A DNA stretch of 64,000 nt, taken from NCBI GenBank assembly GCA_030141605.1, contig JAQGDQ010000330.1:200979-264978 (forward strand), given 5' to 3'. The DNA comes from Tubiluchus corallicola. Taxonomy: Eukaryota > Animalia > Priapulida. Below the pieces are notes generated by a model. That model had not been told where the DNA came from. It ran no database searches and was given only the letters and a program-made list of their open reading frames with translations. A program made the translations under genes and the position numbers. Numbering within the stretch: the stretch's first letter is position 1; each line of letters starts with the position of its first letter. This document shows positions 25,863-38,886 of this stretch, piece by piece.

Positions 25863-27299
25863 ATGATCACTAATGTTCTTTTACGCAAAATATGTCTAAT
25901 AGTTATTGTTTCGCTACTATGCCAGGAAATTATGAATTTTCGTTTCTTCTATGTCAAGTTATTTTTGCTGTTATTGATTTTAATAAGAGGAAGCAGGCAG
26001 TACGGTGACAATGTTTCTGACTTCTTTGAGTCTAACTCACGATGTACAACAGTGATTTCGTTGAGCTTCCAAAACGTCCTATTTTGTGGCCATAATACTA
26101 ATTTAACAGAAAGTGATTTACTGGATATAGGAAAAACAGAACTTAATCAAAGACTACATTACGGCATCAATATATTGACATATATAGGCACAGCGTTACC
26201 TGCAAATTGGTTGAAGGACATCCGCCTGCGATTGCTTAAGCTGTCATCAAAGCGCTTGGAGAAAATCGATAAAGACAGTATTGGTGGACACTTTGAAATT
26301 ATAGAGTTTAAAGAATGTGAGAACTTAATGTTTGTTGATGCACAAGCATTCTTCGCACAGTCCAATCTGTCAAAGCTAGTACTGCAAAATAATAAAATTC
26401 TTCCGTTTACACTAGATGTATCGCAAAGCAAAAATCTTGCACTGATTGACTTGAGTAGGAATAGTTTAAGAACAATGAGGGAACCACATTTGCACCCAGA
26501 CGTTCGCAATCTGATATTTGATCTAGGAGCAAATAAGATTTACTGTGATTGCAACATAGGATGGCTTGCTAGTTGGGAATTTCAGAAACACATAAAAAAA
26601 CCTTTAAACGAAGGACTCAGACTGCAATGCGACGAACCAGAAAAGTATCGAGGTATGACTGTAGCGAGTGGCTTTCTCATAGAACTTTGCTTAGAATGTC
26701 ATCCAAAGCCATGCAAGAGTTGTGTCTTGTGTATGAATGGCGGAACATGTGTAGAAGACCAATCTTCCTACAAGTGTGTTTGCCCTTCTGGATATGCAGG
26801 ACCAGATTGTAGTTTGGTGCTGTGGTGGTGCAAGGCTAATTCGTGCAAGAATGGCGGAACATGTGTTGATAGCAGGGGAAACTACACCTGTATCTGCGCA
26901 CCCGGATACGAAGGGTTTCATTGCGACATAGCCCAGAGGAAGTGTAAGCCTGGTTTTTGTAGGAATGGTGGCAAATGCATTGGTAGTTCAAATTCGTACG
27001 CGTGTCTTTGCACAGCTGGGTATACAGGGCTACATTGTGAAAGTGTTTCGGATAAAATGTTAATCAAATCCTCTACTGTGATTCCAGCCATAATTGCTGC
27101 ATTCGTGATACTGAGTGTTGTAATGGGGTTGACTTATCGTAATTATAAAAAGCAGACTAGTTGCTTTGCTCAGGATGTAAGTTCTGAGTCATCTGATGAC
27201 AGAACGTCTGAAGAAAGCAATGAAGAAAGCAGCAGTGCAAACAGTGCAAGTAGTGCAAGCAGTGTAGGTAGTGAAAGCACTACAGGCTCAGAAACGTAA
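25863..27299 (+). CDS. LRR-EGF type I membrane protein, paralogue 1 (SP, LRRs, LRRCT, 3 EGF, TM, Ser/Glu-rich tail)
   Basis: 478-aa ORF; LxxLxLxxN repeats (LSKLVLQNN, LALIDLSRN), LRRCT NKIYCDCNIGWL...C..P, three C-x-NGG-x-C...Y-x-C-x-C-xx-GY-x-G-xx-C EGFs, TM VIPAIIAAFVILSVVMGLTY. True start may be the second Met (MNFRFF). Confidence 0.92.
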   Translation: MITNVLLRKICLIVIVSLLCQEIMNFRFFYVKLFLLLLILIRGSRQYGDNVSDFFESNSRCTTVISLSFQNVLFCGHNTNLTESDLLDIGKTELNQRLHYGINILTYIGTALPANWLKDIRLRLLKLSSKRLEKIDKDSIGGHFEIIEFKECENLMFVDAQAFFAQSNLSKLVLQNNKILPFTLDVSQSKNLALIDLSRNSLRTMREPHLHPDVRNLIFDLGANKIYCDCNIGWLASWEFQKHIKKPLNEGLRLQCDEPEKYRGMTVASGFLIELCLECHPKPCKSCVLCMNGGTCVEDQSSYKCVCPSGYAGPDCSLVLWWCKANSCKNGGTCVDSRGNYTCICAPGYEGFHCDIAQRKCKPGFCRNGGKCIGSSNSYACLCTAGYTGLHCESVSDKMLIKSSTVIPAIIAAFVILSVVMGLTYRNYKKQTSCFAQDVSSESSDDRTSEESNEESSSANSASSASSVGSESTTGSET

Positions 27300-27812
27300 T
27301 AGCATACATTATCACTTTTAATTGTGATATCAGTGTCCGTGAGAAAATAAACAAGGATTGAAAAAATAAGTAAGACGAATTGAAAACCTAGCAGTTTTTA
27401 TTTTCTGATAATATTTTAACAATAGTCTGACTAAGACCTAGTATTTGCAATGCTGTAGATACTGTGAGACTCCCATTTTATATTCAAAGCGAGAAACGTT
27501 TAAGAAAAAGTTAAAATACGGTATTACGTTGATTCTTACAAAGCTAACTACAACCAGAAATCAAATATTTGCAATGTGTAATTTCTTAGGAACAAATTTC
27601 TTCAAAATGTCGGTGAATTGTAAGCTCTGTTTTCAATTGCATTTGAGCAGGTCAGTTTAATGTTTCTAGCACCATGGCCGATGCATTTACAACCTTTACA
27701 TATTTCATTTTGGGCAAGACCTCACGTTTCTCACAATTATTGTTATCATTAAACGTAACTTAATGTTAACGTAACATTAAAACAACAAAACCATCCACTC
27801 ACATAAATATTT

Positions 27813-28480
27813 TAAAAATTCGTCTTCAAAATTTTATACCACTTACATACTGCCTTTTTGCACACGGGGTGTGCGTCGGCAGTAACACTGTACAAAGCAT
27901 GTAAATTTAAACTCACGCGATGACCGCTAGACACAGACATTTTGACGACAGGTCATTTGAAACACGTTTAGACAACACTGAGTGAAGTTTAAAAAAATAA
28001 TCAGAGCATTCGTTGCGCACACGTCACCAACTAAGTAAAATTTTAAATTAATGTATCTTGTCAATAAGAATAAAAGTACGTTTTCTGGTTAGTGAGTGGT
28101 GCACCCTGGAGGTGAATCACAAATTTTGCTAATTTCTGAAAACATTTTAAATAATTAATAATTTTCTTTTCTTGTTACATAAGTATTTCAAGCAGGTAAG
28201 CGAAATGTTAAAGTAAGACAACTTTGTGCGGAAAGATTTTTGGGACATAGTTTAACATTTCCTTTATTCCCTTTGTGCGTGTAAGCGCGATTTATGTTGT
28301 GCGTGTATGACGTCATGTAATGGCGCCGTCGGAACAGTATCGCGTGAGATACAAACTGAAAACAAACAAAAATTCTTTTTAACGCGAGTACGATATATGC
28401 ATAAAATTGCTGAAAAGTAATACAATTTTTAGGCTATTTTGTGAAACTCTATTTCAGGCATCTCTTTTCTTGTCCTTTAA
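27813..28480 (+). mobile_element. Interspersed repeat family B, second copy (ends CCTTTAA, Kolobok-like)
   Basis: Colinear with 6556-7186. Confidence 0.75.
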
Positions 28481-31291
28481 GGCTGCTTACACAGTAGGAT
28501 AGTTTAGTATTCATTTCATCAAAGTGATGGTCCAAAAACAAATGTACTGTGAAAGTTAGCTATGAAGTTGAAATTGAACACTTGTAGAAAACAACTGAAC
28601 ACTATATTACATGTTTGCAAAACTGAAACACGTTTATTATACTATATACACAGTAAAATACACAAGTAAAATGAAGATCACGACTGCTGCACTGCACTGA
28701 GAGTGTGAGTCAGACAGTGTGTAGCACGACTGCACTGCACTGAGAACGTGACAGAGAGTCACATAAGTAGATCGACTGCACGTCACTGAGAGCGTGACAG
28801 AGAGACAGTGGCTAGAAGTGAATTCCAGCCAGTTTATATAGGTACAGAACTATGCAAAAACTTGGCTTCACATATCCCATTACAGTAAAAATAGGGGAGA
28901 TCCAGTGAGTTTGCATATTCACTGGACCGAGCAATTGTACTAAGGGTGAGTTTAACTAGTAAAATGTTAAAGTGACTAATCAATAGATGGCAGCACCTAA
29001 AATATACAGTTACAACTTTCACATGTACGTTTTCTGAATATGAAACACACTAAAATAATGTCCTTTAAGTTTCTGCGGTTTTTTGAGTTCTTGACAAAAT
29101 GTCAGCCAAAAATAATGTATTGTATTTCGACAGCAGACAGCAGACAGCACGTATTTGCAACGTTTTGTAGCAATTCACAAAATCAAAGTTCAACAAAATT
29201 AATAAAATTTAAAAAAACATTTCACTGACTGATGCCTCACAAAACTGAAATTTTTTATTCTTAGTCCAGCTTTCATTAAAGTCAAACTGAACCCTCATTA
29301 TAAGCTTTTACAATCTACAATCCTACTCTCATTATTTCGAAGATAGATCTTTCCTGCTAACCTTTTTTTATTCTCAAAGCAATAAAACCCTTATAACAAG
29401 TAAATTTGAATTATTTTTGTTCTTTGTTCAATTTTTTCTCATTTTCTTCTTGTTTTTTCCGTTTAAAGACGACATCTATCTTTAAAAGTATCAAACATTT
29501 CGCGAGATAATTGTACATCCTCCGTGACACTCATTATGAATATTAAATTTAATTTATCATAAACTTACTGTAAAATTTGTTTATTTTGATTTTTTATCAC
29601 TTCGTTGTTAGCGGTATTAAATTTGAAGAACTGGTACAGTCCACTCAGTGGTGAGCGAACTGGATAGGACCAAGATCCGCAAGTTTCCTAATCGCATCGC
29701 GTGCGGATTTACTATTGAAAACAAAGCGTATACGCGAATGAAATGCGGATTAAAAATTTTGATAGATCGGATTTTTGCAGATTTAAATTTTCATTAATGT
29801 TAATCCGCGCTAGATAACCATGTGAGCATTGCAGGAACAAGGTGACAAACCGACACTCATCACAAGCTACCAGGTTGAATAGTAACAATAAAAGGAAAAT
29901 AATAATTAGTTTCTTTAATTATTAAACAAACATATTACTGTACAGTAACTAGTAGTAATAGCAGCTGTAGTAATATGTTTTACTTGCTATTAAAAATACT
30001 AATGTTAGAATAATGCAATAATAATACCTAGCAAATACCCCGCAAAAAAATGTAAATACACTTATAATCAAAAATACGCGAACATCCTACATAGTCCTCA
30101 TTTATAACGCAAAGCGAGCAGCAGTTTTTACTGAATTAAAGTTATAAAGTTATAGACAGAGTCAAATGGATGACGTCACAACAGTGGCTTTGTGTCAGCA
30201 GTTTTTCAAGCGAAAATCGCCCAAAATGGAACCTCCAATCAACTCGTCACAGCTCCTCACGGTGGAAGCGTCCTAAAATGCAGCGCACATCAACGTGTAA
30301 CCCTGTTTCTCCTCTTTCTTTCTAAAGAGCTATGCATTTTCTCCCGAGAGTCCCACCAAGCACCACTAAAATGTTTTATCTACAAGCTGTTTGACCAAAA
30401 TTTCGAAAAAATCAGGAGTTGGGTCCAGGAAAACGTCCGTCACGGGACGCCGTGGCCCTCTCGCGAATTGTAAATAATTCTAAATATTCCCTCAAACAAT
30501 TTCAATTAATCAATGAAAATCAAACCTCCCAGCGGACACACTGCAACAAGGTGCAATTTCCACTGATTTAAAATATTTAGCTTACTTAAACCAAGGTTAG
30601 ATAAACATGCAGATTATTATGCGGATTTGAATTAAAAATAGCCATGTAAGCAGGATGCAGATCGGAAGTTGCGGATCAGGAAGGATCGCTGATTTGAATT
30701 AATTTAGTAGAGTGGTGAGGTCGCTGTTAATAGCAAAATGCGGCGTTTGGTCGAATGCGGATTTTCAGTTTGCGGACCAAATTTTCTGCGGATCGGGAAA
30801 TTAGCCGATCATCTCACCAAAACCGGCAAACAAACATCAATTAAAGACGGTTTCTGTACCGTGCCAAAGATGGCGTTCCTCACGACAATGCATGCGGTCA
30901 AAATTCACCAGAAAAAGGCAAGTTATTTAGTTTATAAGTTCTCTTTTGTTTGATAATGAAAATGATTTTTTGTGCAATCATAATAATGCGTTAAAAAATT
31001 TCAATGTCTGTTTAATATAGGACCTTTGAAGATGTTCAATTTTAGAAAAGAATCAGCTAGCAGCCCAAGTGATAAAGTTGCTATTGTTAGGTCACACGAA
31101 CAGAGGACTGGAAGCTTCACATAATACATTAGAAGTTACCTAGTTTTCTGTACAAAACTGATTGTCTTTACAAACAATGCCGAAAGAAATTTAAAGAAAC
31201 TAAAGAACGAAACCACGTTGCAGGAGAGCTTTTCACTGATACAAGTTATGCTGGCTTAAGCTAAGTTGTTTTTACAAATTAGAAATGTTGA

Positions 31292-32800
31292 ATGGTTATT
31301 GCTTCTTTGCTTTGCAAAAAAACCATGAACCCTCGTACCTTCCGTAAATTTGTGTTGTTGTTGGTTTTAGTAAAAAGAAGCAATCTGCAGACTGGCAGCG
31401 TTTTGGGCGCAATTGGTCGAGATAAATCCCGATGTACCACAGTGAATTGGGGAGATTCTGGAAGCTTCCTGTTTTGTGGGAGTAGCAGAAATTTAACAGC
31501 AAATGATCTGTTGGACATAGTAAAAACAGAGTTAGATGTAAACATACATCAAGGGCTTAATATACTGCAATACGCAGACAAAACGTTGCCTGCAAATTTA
31601 CTGACAAATGTTCAGCTGAATTTGTTTAGAATGGCTTCTAAGAACCTAGAACGTATCTTGGAATATGACATTGCTGGACGGCTTGAAATTATAAACTTTC
31701 AAGATTGCAGTAGCTTAACATTTGTTCACTCCAATGCATTTGTCATGCAAAGCAACTTAACTGAATTAATGCTGCAAAACAACAAAATTCTGTCATTTCT
31801 TTCACTCAATGTATCACAAAGCAAATATCTTTCATTGATCGACTTGAGTAGGAATAACTTAGGAACAATGACTAAACCTCTACTGCACCCAGATGTTCGT
31901 AACCTCACTGTTGATCTCGCTGCAAATAAATTAAACTGTGATTGTAACCTGGCCTGGCTTGCTAGCAGAGACTTTCAGAAACACCTAAAAAAACCTTTAA
32001 GCAAAGGACTCAGATTTCAGTGTGATGAACCAGGAAGATACAGAGGTAAGACAGCAACAGAAGACTTTCTTGCAAAACTATGCTTTGATTGTTATTCTCA
32101 GCCATGCAAGAGTTGTGACTTGTGTAAAAATAACGGGACATGTGTTGATAACAAATCTTCCTACACATGTATCTGTGAAACAGGATATACAGGACAAGAT
32201 TGTAGTTTGGTGCAAAAGTGGTGTAAGCCCGAAACGTGCGAAAATAGTGGAACATGTATTGACGACAGTTACAACTACACTTGCATCTGTGCACCAGGAT
32301 ATGGAGGACGAAACTGCGGTACAGTTCTAGGGTGTAAGCCTGGTTTATGTAACAATGGCGGCACATGCATCGATAGAGCGGATTCTTACACGTGCACATG
32401 TGCACCAGGGTTTACAGGACGAAACTGCGGTACAGTTCTAGGGTGTAAGCCTGGTTTATGTAACAATGGCGGCACATGCATCGATAGAGCAGATTCTTAC
32501 ACGTGCACATGTGCACCTGGGTTTACAGGACGAAACTGCGAACGGTCTTTTAGCGGTCAGGAAACCGAATCCCAATCTGGTGTGGTGGTTACAACTATTG
32601 CATGCATTATTGTTTTTGTAACACTAACCGCTTTAGTGTTATTAGCATTTATTATGTACAGTCGCCGAAAACGAGTTTCTGAGGATTCAAGGTCACAGTT
32701 GTCTGACGACAGGGCTTCCCTGGAAAATGTTGAAGGAAATGTTGATGCAGATTCTAGTCTGTCTGACGGCAGCATGTCTGAGCCTGACGACAGTAATTAA
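31292..32800 (+). CDS. LRR-EGF type I membrane protein, paralogue 2 (4 EGF)
   Basis: 502-aa ORF colinear with paralogue 1 (SRCTT, FCG..NLT..DL.DI, LHPDVRNL, CDCNLAWL, CDEP); TM VVVTTIACIIVFVTLTALVLLAFIMY followed by RRKR and an acidic Ser-rich tail. Confidence 0.92.
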   Translation: MVIASLLCKKTMNPRTFRKFVLLLVLVKRSNLQTGSVLGAIGRDKSRCTTVNWGDSGSFLFCGSSRNLTANDLLDIVKTELDVNIHQGLNILQYADKTLPANLLTNVQLNLFRMASKNLERILEYDIAGRLEIINFQDCSSLTFVHSNAFVMQSNLTELMLQNNKILSFLSLNVSQSKYLSLIDLSRNNLGTMTKPLLHPDVRNLTVDLAANKLNCDCNLAWLASRDFQKHLKKPLSKGLRFQCDEPGRYRGKTATEDFLAKLCFDCYSQPCKSCDLCKNNGTCVDNKSSYTCICETGYTGQDCSLVQKWCKPETCENSGTCIDDSYNYTCICAPGYGGRNCGTVLGCKPGLCNNGGTCIDRADSYTCTCAPGFTGRNCGTVLGCKPGLCNNGGTCIDRADSYTCTCAPGFTGRNCERSFSGQETESQSGVVVTTIACIIVFVTLTALVLLAFIMYSRRKRVSEDSRSQLSDDRASLENVEGNVDADSSLSDGSMSEPDDSN

Positions 32801-33099
32801 GGGCAAATAGCATGCAAAAAACTCGTTAGTGGTAAGAACTCGATAGTTGATGCTATGCCCTGAAACAAAAATAAAAATAATGATAGGTACTGTCTTTGTT
32901 TGTGCAATGTACACAGATTTTATTGATGTATAAGACACTACATGTCACCAGAAAGTGTGGAGCTGGAGTATGAGATCTATGTCAAAGACGAGCTTATGAG
33001 TCTTGTGAGCAGCAGATTCACCATTGTTCATGTTTAAGGATGGATTCCTCTACACCATTCTTTAGCTTATCTGATGAATATTTGATAATTATACTGTAA

Positions 33100-34401
<1,302 letters not shown>

Positions 34402-34574
34402 GATTTTGTGTTCTGTTTTTCTTTACAGTTCATGTCGAATATATTCGTTGTTGAAAAAACCTCTATTGTTGAATTCCAATTGAAACAAAGAAATTCCTAA
34501 ATAATGAAACAATGTAGAAAATTTTTTCACTCCTAGGAACTCAAGATTGCAGCTGGCTTTTGCGCTCAGAACTT

Positions 34575-35948
34575 ATGCATTGCTTTCTTTCCACGATTTT
34601 TTTTACCCTGCTTCTATTGAATTTATTAAAAAGAAGACAGTCTGCAGACGACATGGTCTCCGCAACTGAAGGCAAAACTAGGTGTACAACTCTACGTTTG
34701 AATGCACTGTCCATTCTATTTTGTGGTCTAGACTATAACTTGACAAAAAATGATTTGGTGGATATAACACAAGCAGAGCTTGAGCCAACACACCAGGGAC
34801 TTACTGTTGTGGAATACGTGAATAAAACTTTGCCAGTAAAGTGGTTAGAAAGTGTACAACTTAAATCACTTTACCTATCTTCTAATCACTTAGAGAGTAT
34901 TGGTGATAGTGACATAGCTGGAGAGTTTGAAAGTATAAGCATAAGATCGTGTGAAAAATTAACATATGTGCACCCACGAGCTTTCTTCTTACAAAGTAAT
35001 TTGTCAATGCTAACTTTAGAGAAAAATAAAAATCTTACATATCTTGAACTAGATATATCAAACAGCAGAAACATTTTGTTACTTGACCTTAGTGAAAACA
35101 GTTTAGAAGTATTGGCAAAGCCCTTGCTGCACCCAGACGTTCGAAATTTGACTTTGAATCTCACAGGAAATAGATTACAATGTGGCTGTAATTTTACATG
35201 GCTGACTGATCAAGAATTTCACGTATATCTCAACAAACCATTACGTAAAGGTCTTAAATTTCAATGTGACGAACCAGAAAAATATAATGGCAAAACCGAA
35301 GTATCAGACTTACTTCTAAGCATGTGCTTAGATTGTCATTCGGACCCTTGTGCCACTTGTGATTTGTGTAAGAATAACGGAACATGTCTCAATAAGAATG
35401 GTACCTATAAATGTATCTGTGCAACCGAGTACACGGGTCCACTGTGTGAAACATTGTACCTATGCAGGCCTGGCACGTGTCAGAATAACGGGAAATGTAT
35501 CGAAAACGGTACTTCCCCTGCATGCATCTGTGCTCCGGGATACGCAGGAGCAAACTGTAGTATTGTTCTGCAGCCGTGTAAGCCTGATGTGTGCAAGAAC
35601 AATGGTACTTGCGTTCCCAGCGTAGGTACTGTAGAATCTTACATATGCATGTGTTTACCGGAATATATCGGAATAAATTGCAGCAAACTTTTGCACGTTG
35701 AAGCAAAACCCACGTTACTCACTTGGCTCATACCAGGACTCATAGTATTGGCAGTGTTTGGTGTTGTGGCTTTCAAGAATAGGCCAGCAAGACTTAGTTG
35801 TAGGCGTCAGACACAGACACAATGGAACTCTTGGGATGACGTCAGGACGAATAAAGATGATGATGAATATTCTTATTTGCCAGATAGCAGTATTGCTGAT
35901 GATGCTTCTTATCTGTCCCATACTAAAATGGCTGAACGTACTTCTTAA
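34575..35948 (+). CDS. LRR-EGF type I membrane protein, paralogue 3 (3 EGF)
   Basis: ATG at 34575 (MHCFLSTIFFTLLLL signal peptide); same conserved blocks as paralogues 1 and 2; TM LLTWLIPGLIVLAVFGVVAF; tail contains Tyr motifs; acceptor ctttacag at ~34428 suggests a 5'UTR intron. Confidence 0.92.
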   Translation: MHCFLSTIFFTLLLLNLLKRRQSADDMVSATEGKTRCTTLRLNALSILFCGLDYNLTKNDLVDITQAELEPTHQGLTVVEYVNKTLPVKWLESVQLKSLYLSSNHLESIGDSDIAGEFESISIRSCEKLTYVHPRAFFLQSNLSMLTLEKNKNLTYLELDISNSRNILLLDLSENSLEVLAKPLLHPDVRNLTLNLTGNRLQCGCNFTWLTDQEFHVYLNKPLRKGLKFQCDEPEKYNGKTEVSDLLLSMCLDCHSDPCATCDLCKNNGTCLNKNGTYKCICATEYTGPLCETLYLCRPGTCQNNGKCIENGTSPACICAPGYAGANCSIVLQPCKPDVCKNNGTCVPSVGTVESYICMCLPEYIGINCSKLLHVEAKPTLLTWLIPGLIVLAVFGVVAFKNRPARLSCRRQTQTQWNSWDDVRTNKDDDEYSYLPDSSIADDASYLSHTKMAERTS

Positions 35949-36559
35949 GGTACTTCAAAGCGTTATGAGTGTAATTTCTCACATTAAATTGTTATATCGG
36001 TTGCTTCATTCACCAGTCAGTTTTCATATTTAATGATTATGCTAAGTAGATTAGCCACAGCCCAACTAACAAATTAATTAGGCTGACGTAGTAGTCAGCT
36101 TTCATCCGCCGCTTAAATATGAAAATGGTACATTTATGTCCAATTCCGTTTGTGAACTCGTTTACCATTAAACGTGTACTGAATTACATTATTGCGTTTT
36201 AGTTTATTCTTTCAGCCAGCCTACATGTCAGATGGTAAAATATTAATAGTGATTAAGCTCAATGGTGACATACCAGTTAGAAAAAACATACTACATATTA
36301 CGTACTAACTACATGTTACATACTACTTACTACATGCATACTACAGTAACGGATGCGCTCAAACACTTTCTGTGTTTTAATACTGGTCAGCAAAACGCTA
36401 CGATTTTTTAAAGCTAAAATCACTTGTAGAAATTTGCACATGTATTACCTATTTTTGGAGATATTGGTTCTGGAACAGGTTGTAATTTATGGTTGGACAA
36501 AATGCCTTCTGCACGATCAATGAATGTTTTGAGGAAACTAAAAAGGTTGACTGGCTAGC

Positions 36560-36866
36560 GAATTTTCTGTCTGACAGCAAACTTATCAGTGTGAACTGCT
36601 TTGCGAGTTACTATCGGCAAGAAATTGCAAACTCTCCAACAGTTGTTGCGAGTTACTGTCTATCATCAAACTCTGACAGAATTATTAGCCAAGCAGAAAC
36701 GGAATTCCAAACTGTTACTCTCGACACTTCTCTCAGTGAACAGAGAAAAGAGTGTTAACTCGTGTCTATTGTTGGAGAGTAACTCGCTGTAAGCTTTGGT
36801 CTCTACGTCTGAACACGCATGCGAGTTTCTTGTCGAAAAAAGCCCGCTAGTCTTAACGCACCGTAA
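36560..36866 (+). repeat. Interspersed repeat family D (second copy at ~2200-2467)
   Basis: Shared gcaaactcc..agttg.tgcgagtt, gagagtaactcgc and gtctgaacac...tgcgagtt...gctagtct blocks. Confidence 0.6.
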
Positions 36867-37261
36867 ATGGTTTCACGCATAAATTCTTTTACATAAAGCC
36901 ACTGTTTTAATAAAATTCGTCCCACAAGCAAAATGCTGATTATTTCAATTAAGTTTTAACCATCTTAGAAATCGAAAGGAATTAAAAAACTGCTTGTAAA
37001 GTTTTAATCAACGTAATATGTATTAATAAAAATATGCATTTGACATGATAGGAACAAATAAAAGTACTCTTGCTTTTCAGTTAAACGTCATACGTTGATT
37101 TCTTTTTATTTACTAGAAGACATTGGATCTCTTATCTACTTTTGTGCTGTCATTTGATATCACTTAATATCTGACATTTATAGAAGTAGTTGTCTACTGT
37201 ACGAAAAAGGATTAAACTGAATGTGCTTTTGGGAGTTCCTTTTGCAAGAAACGTCTGATGT

Positions 37262-38410
37262 ACTTTCTTCTTCTTCTTCTGTTGTTCTAAATATCTATTG
37301 TTGACATGGAGCCTCTATCCTTTATTAGAGCACCCCACTGTTCCTGCCTGCAGCTAAAAATTGCAATTCCCGTGGTGCTATTGTTAGGTTTGGTTCCACC
37401 TGTTCTAAATCTTATTAATTCTTGATACCCAAGTTGTTTTTGGTTTTCCTGGAGGTCGTTAGCAGGTTTCAGGGCCTCGCTTAATGCTAATCTTACTGAT
37501 GTTGTTTCTGGCAATCTCATTAAATGTCCGACCCATCTTAGTCTTCTGATGCTGATTTTAGAGCTCCAATGTTTAATGCTAATCTTACTGGTGTTGTTTC
37601 TGGCAATCTCATTAAATGTCCTACCCATCTTAGTCTTCTGATTCTGATTTTAGTGCTCCAATGTTTAATGCTAATCTTACTGCTGATGTTTCTGGCAATC
37701 TCATTAAATGTCCTACCCATCTTAGTCTTCTGATGCTGATTTTAGAGCTCCAATGTTTAATGCTAATCTTACTGGTGTTGTTTCTGGCAATCTCATTAAA
37801 TGTCCTACCCATCTTAGTCTTCTGATGCTAATCTTAGTGCTCCAATGTTTAATGCTAATCTTACTGATGTTGTTTCTGATAATCTCATTAAATGTCCTAC
37901 CCATCTTAGTCTTCTGATGCTGATCTTAGTGCTCCAATGTTTAATGCTAATCTTACTGATGTTGTTTCTGGCAATCTCATTAAATGTCCTACCCATCTTA
38001 GTCTTCTGATTCTGATTTTAGTGCTCCAATGTTTAATGCTAATCTTACTGATGTTGTTTCTGGCAATCTCATTAAATGTCCTACCCATCTTAGTCTTCTG
38101 ATTCTGATCTTAGTGCTCCAATGTTTAATGCTAATCTTACTGATGTTGTTTCTGGCAATCTCATTAAATGTCCTACCCATCTTAGTCTTCTGATTCTGAT
38201 TTTAGTGCTCCAATGTTTAATGCTAATCTTACTGGTGTTGTTTCTGGGAATCTCATTAAATGTCCTACCCATCTTAGTCTTCTGATTCTGATTTTAGTGC
38301 TCCAATATTTAATGTAATGCTAATCTTACTGCTGATGTTTCTGGCAATTTCATTAAATGTCCTACCCATCTTAGTCTTCTGATGCTGATTTTAGTGCTCC
38401 AATGTTCTTT
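37262..38410 (-). mobile_element. RTE-like LINE 3' fragment with an internal 92-bp unit amplified about 10 times
   Basis: Unit translates HWSTKIRIRRLRWVGHLMRLPETTPVRLAL (RTE RRLRW.GH..R motif); array 37481-38405; (GAA)n tail at 37263-37279. Confidence 0.85.
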
Positions 38411-38536
38411 CTCACATTTCACTGGTTTACCTACGTGACAAAACACGTCTATGCTGCATAACAATGTTAAATTTGTGTGTCATAATGTAAAAATAAACTT
38501 CTAGAGATAAAACTATAAACTTTAACACTTTTGTGT

Positions 38537-38886
38537 TTATTGGTTGCTCATCTGGGTTGTTGCATAACGATCCTGTCCTGTTCCGCTCTCTCTCGAGGTG
38601 AGAATTATTTCAGGGGGCGCACCGTTTTCCTGAGGCACTGCTGTGTCATTCGTGACGCCATGTTTTATTTTCACGTTACATCCTATTTGATACAGGATGA
38701 TCCAAGCAATGGACGTGATTAGACAACAGCCTGTTGCCCATTTCAATACAGTCACGGGCCACCCTGTAGAGCAGCTCCTGGCCTCCAGATACAGGGCGGG
38801 CGTAAAAATGCCTTCCCCGTATTTGACGGTTTGTTGTGCTCTTACTTTGGCGTGGAATGTCATCAAACCAAAGCCAAGAAATGCCC
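38537..38886 (-). CDS. Claudin-like protein, exon 4 (end of TM3, TM4, tail)
   Basis: Acceptor cccttttcag|GG phase 1, in frame with ORF 38537..38866; the GW (STGWPV) before TM4 corresponds to the family GWS motif. Confidence 0.85.

Noticed and set aside
26159-26921. Antisense and alternate-frame ORFs over the LRR-EGF genes (also 32010-32405, 34886-35921)
   Set aside because: Shadows of the real coding frames, with no motifs of their own.
29647-30820. hAT-like element with GCGGAT subterminal motifs
   Set aside because: Only a ~7-bp terminal match and no TSD; boundaries unsupported.
37538-38272. Series of 60-aa ORFs as a peptide gene family
   Set aside because: By-product of a 92-bp (non-triplet) tandem repeat of LINE sequence.
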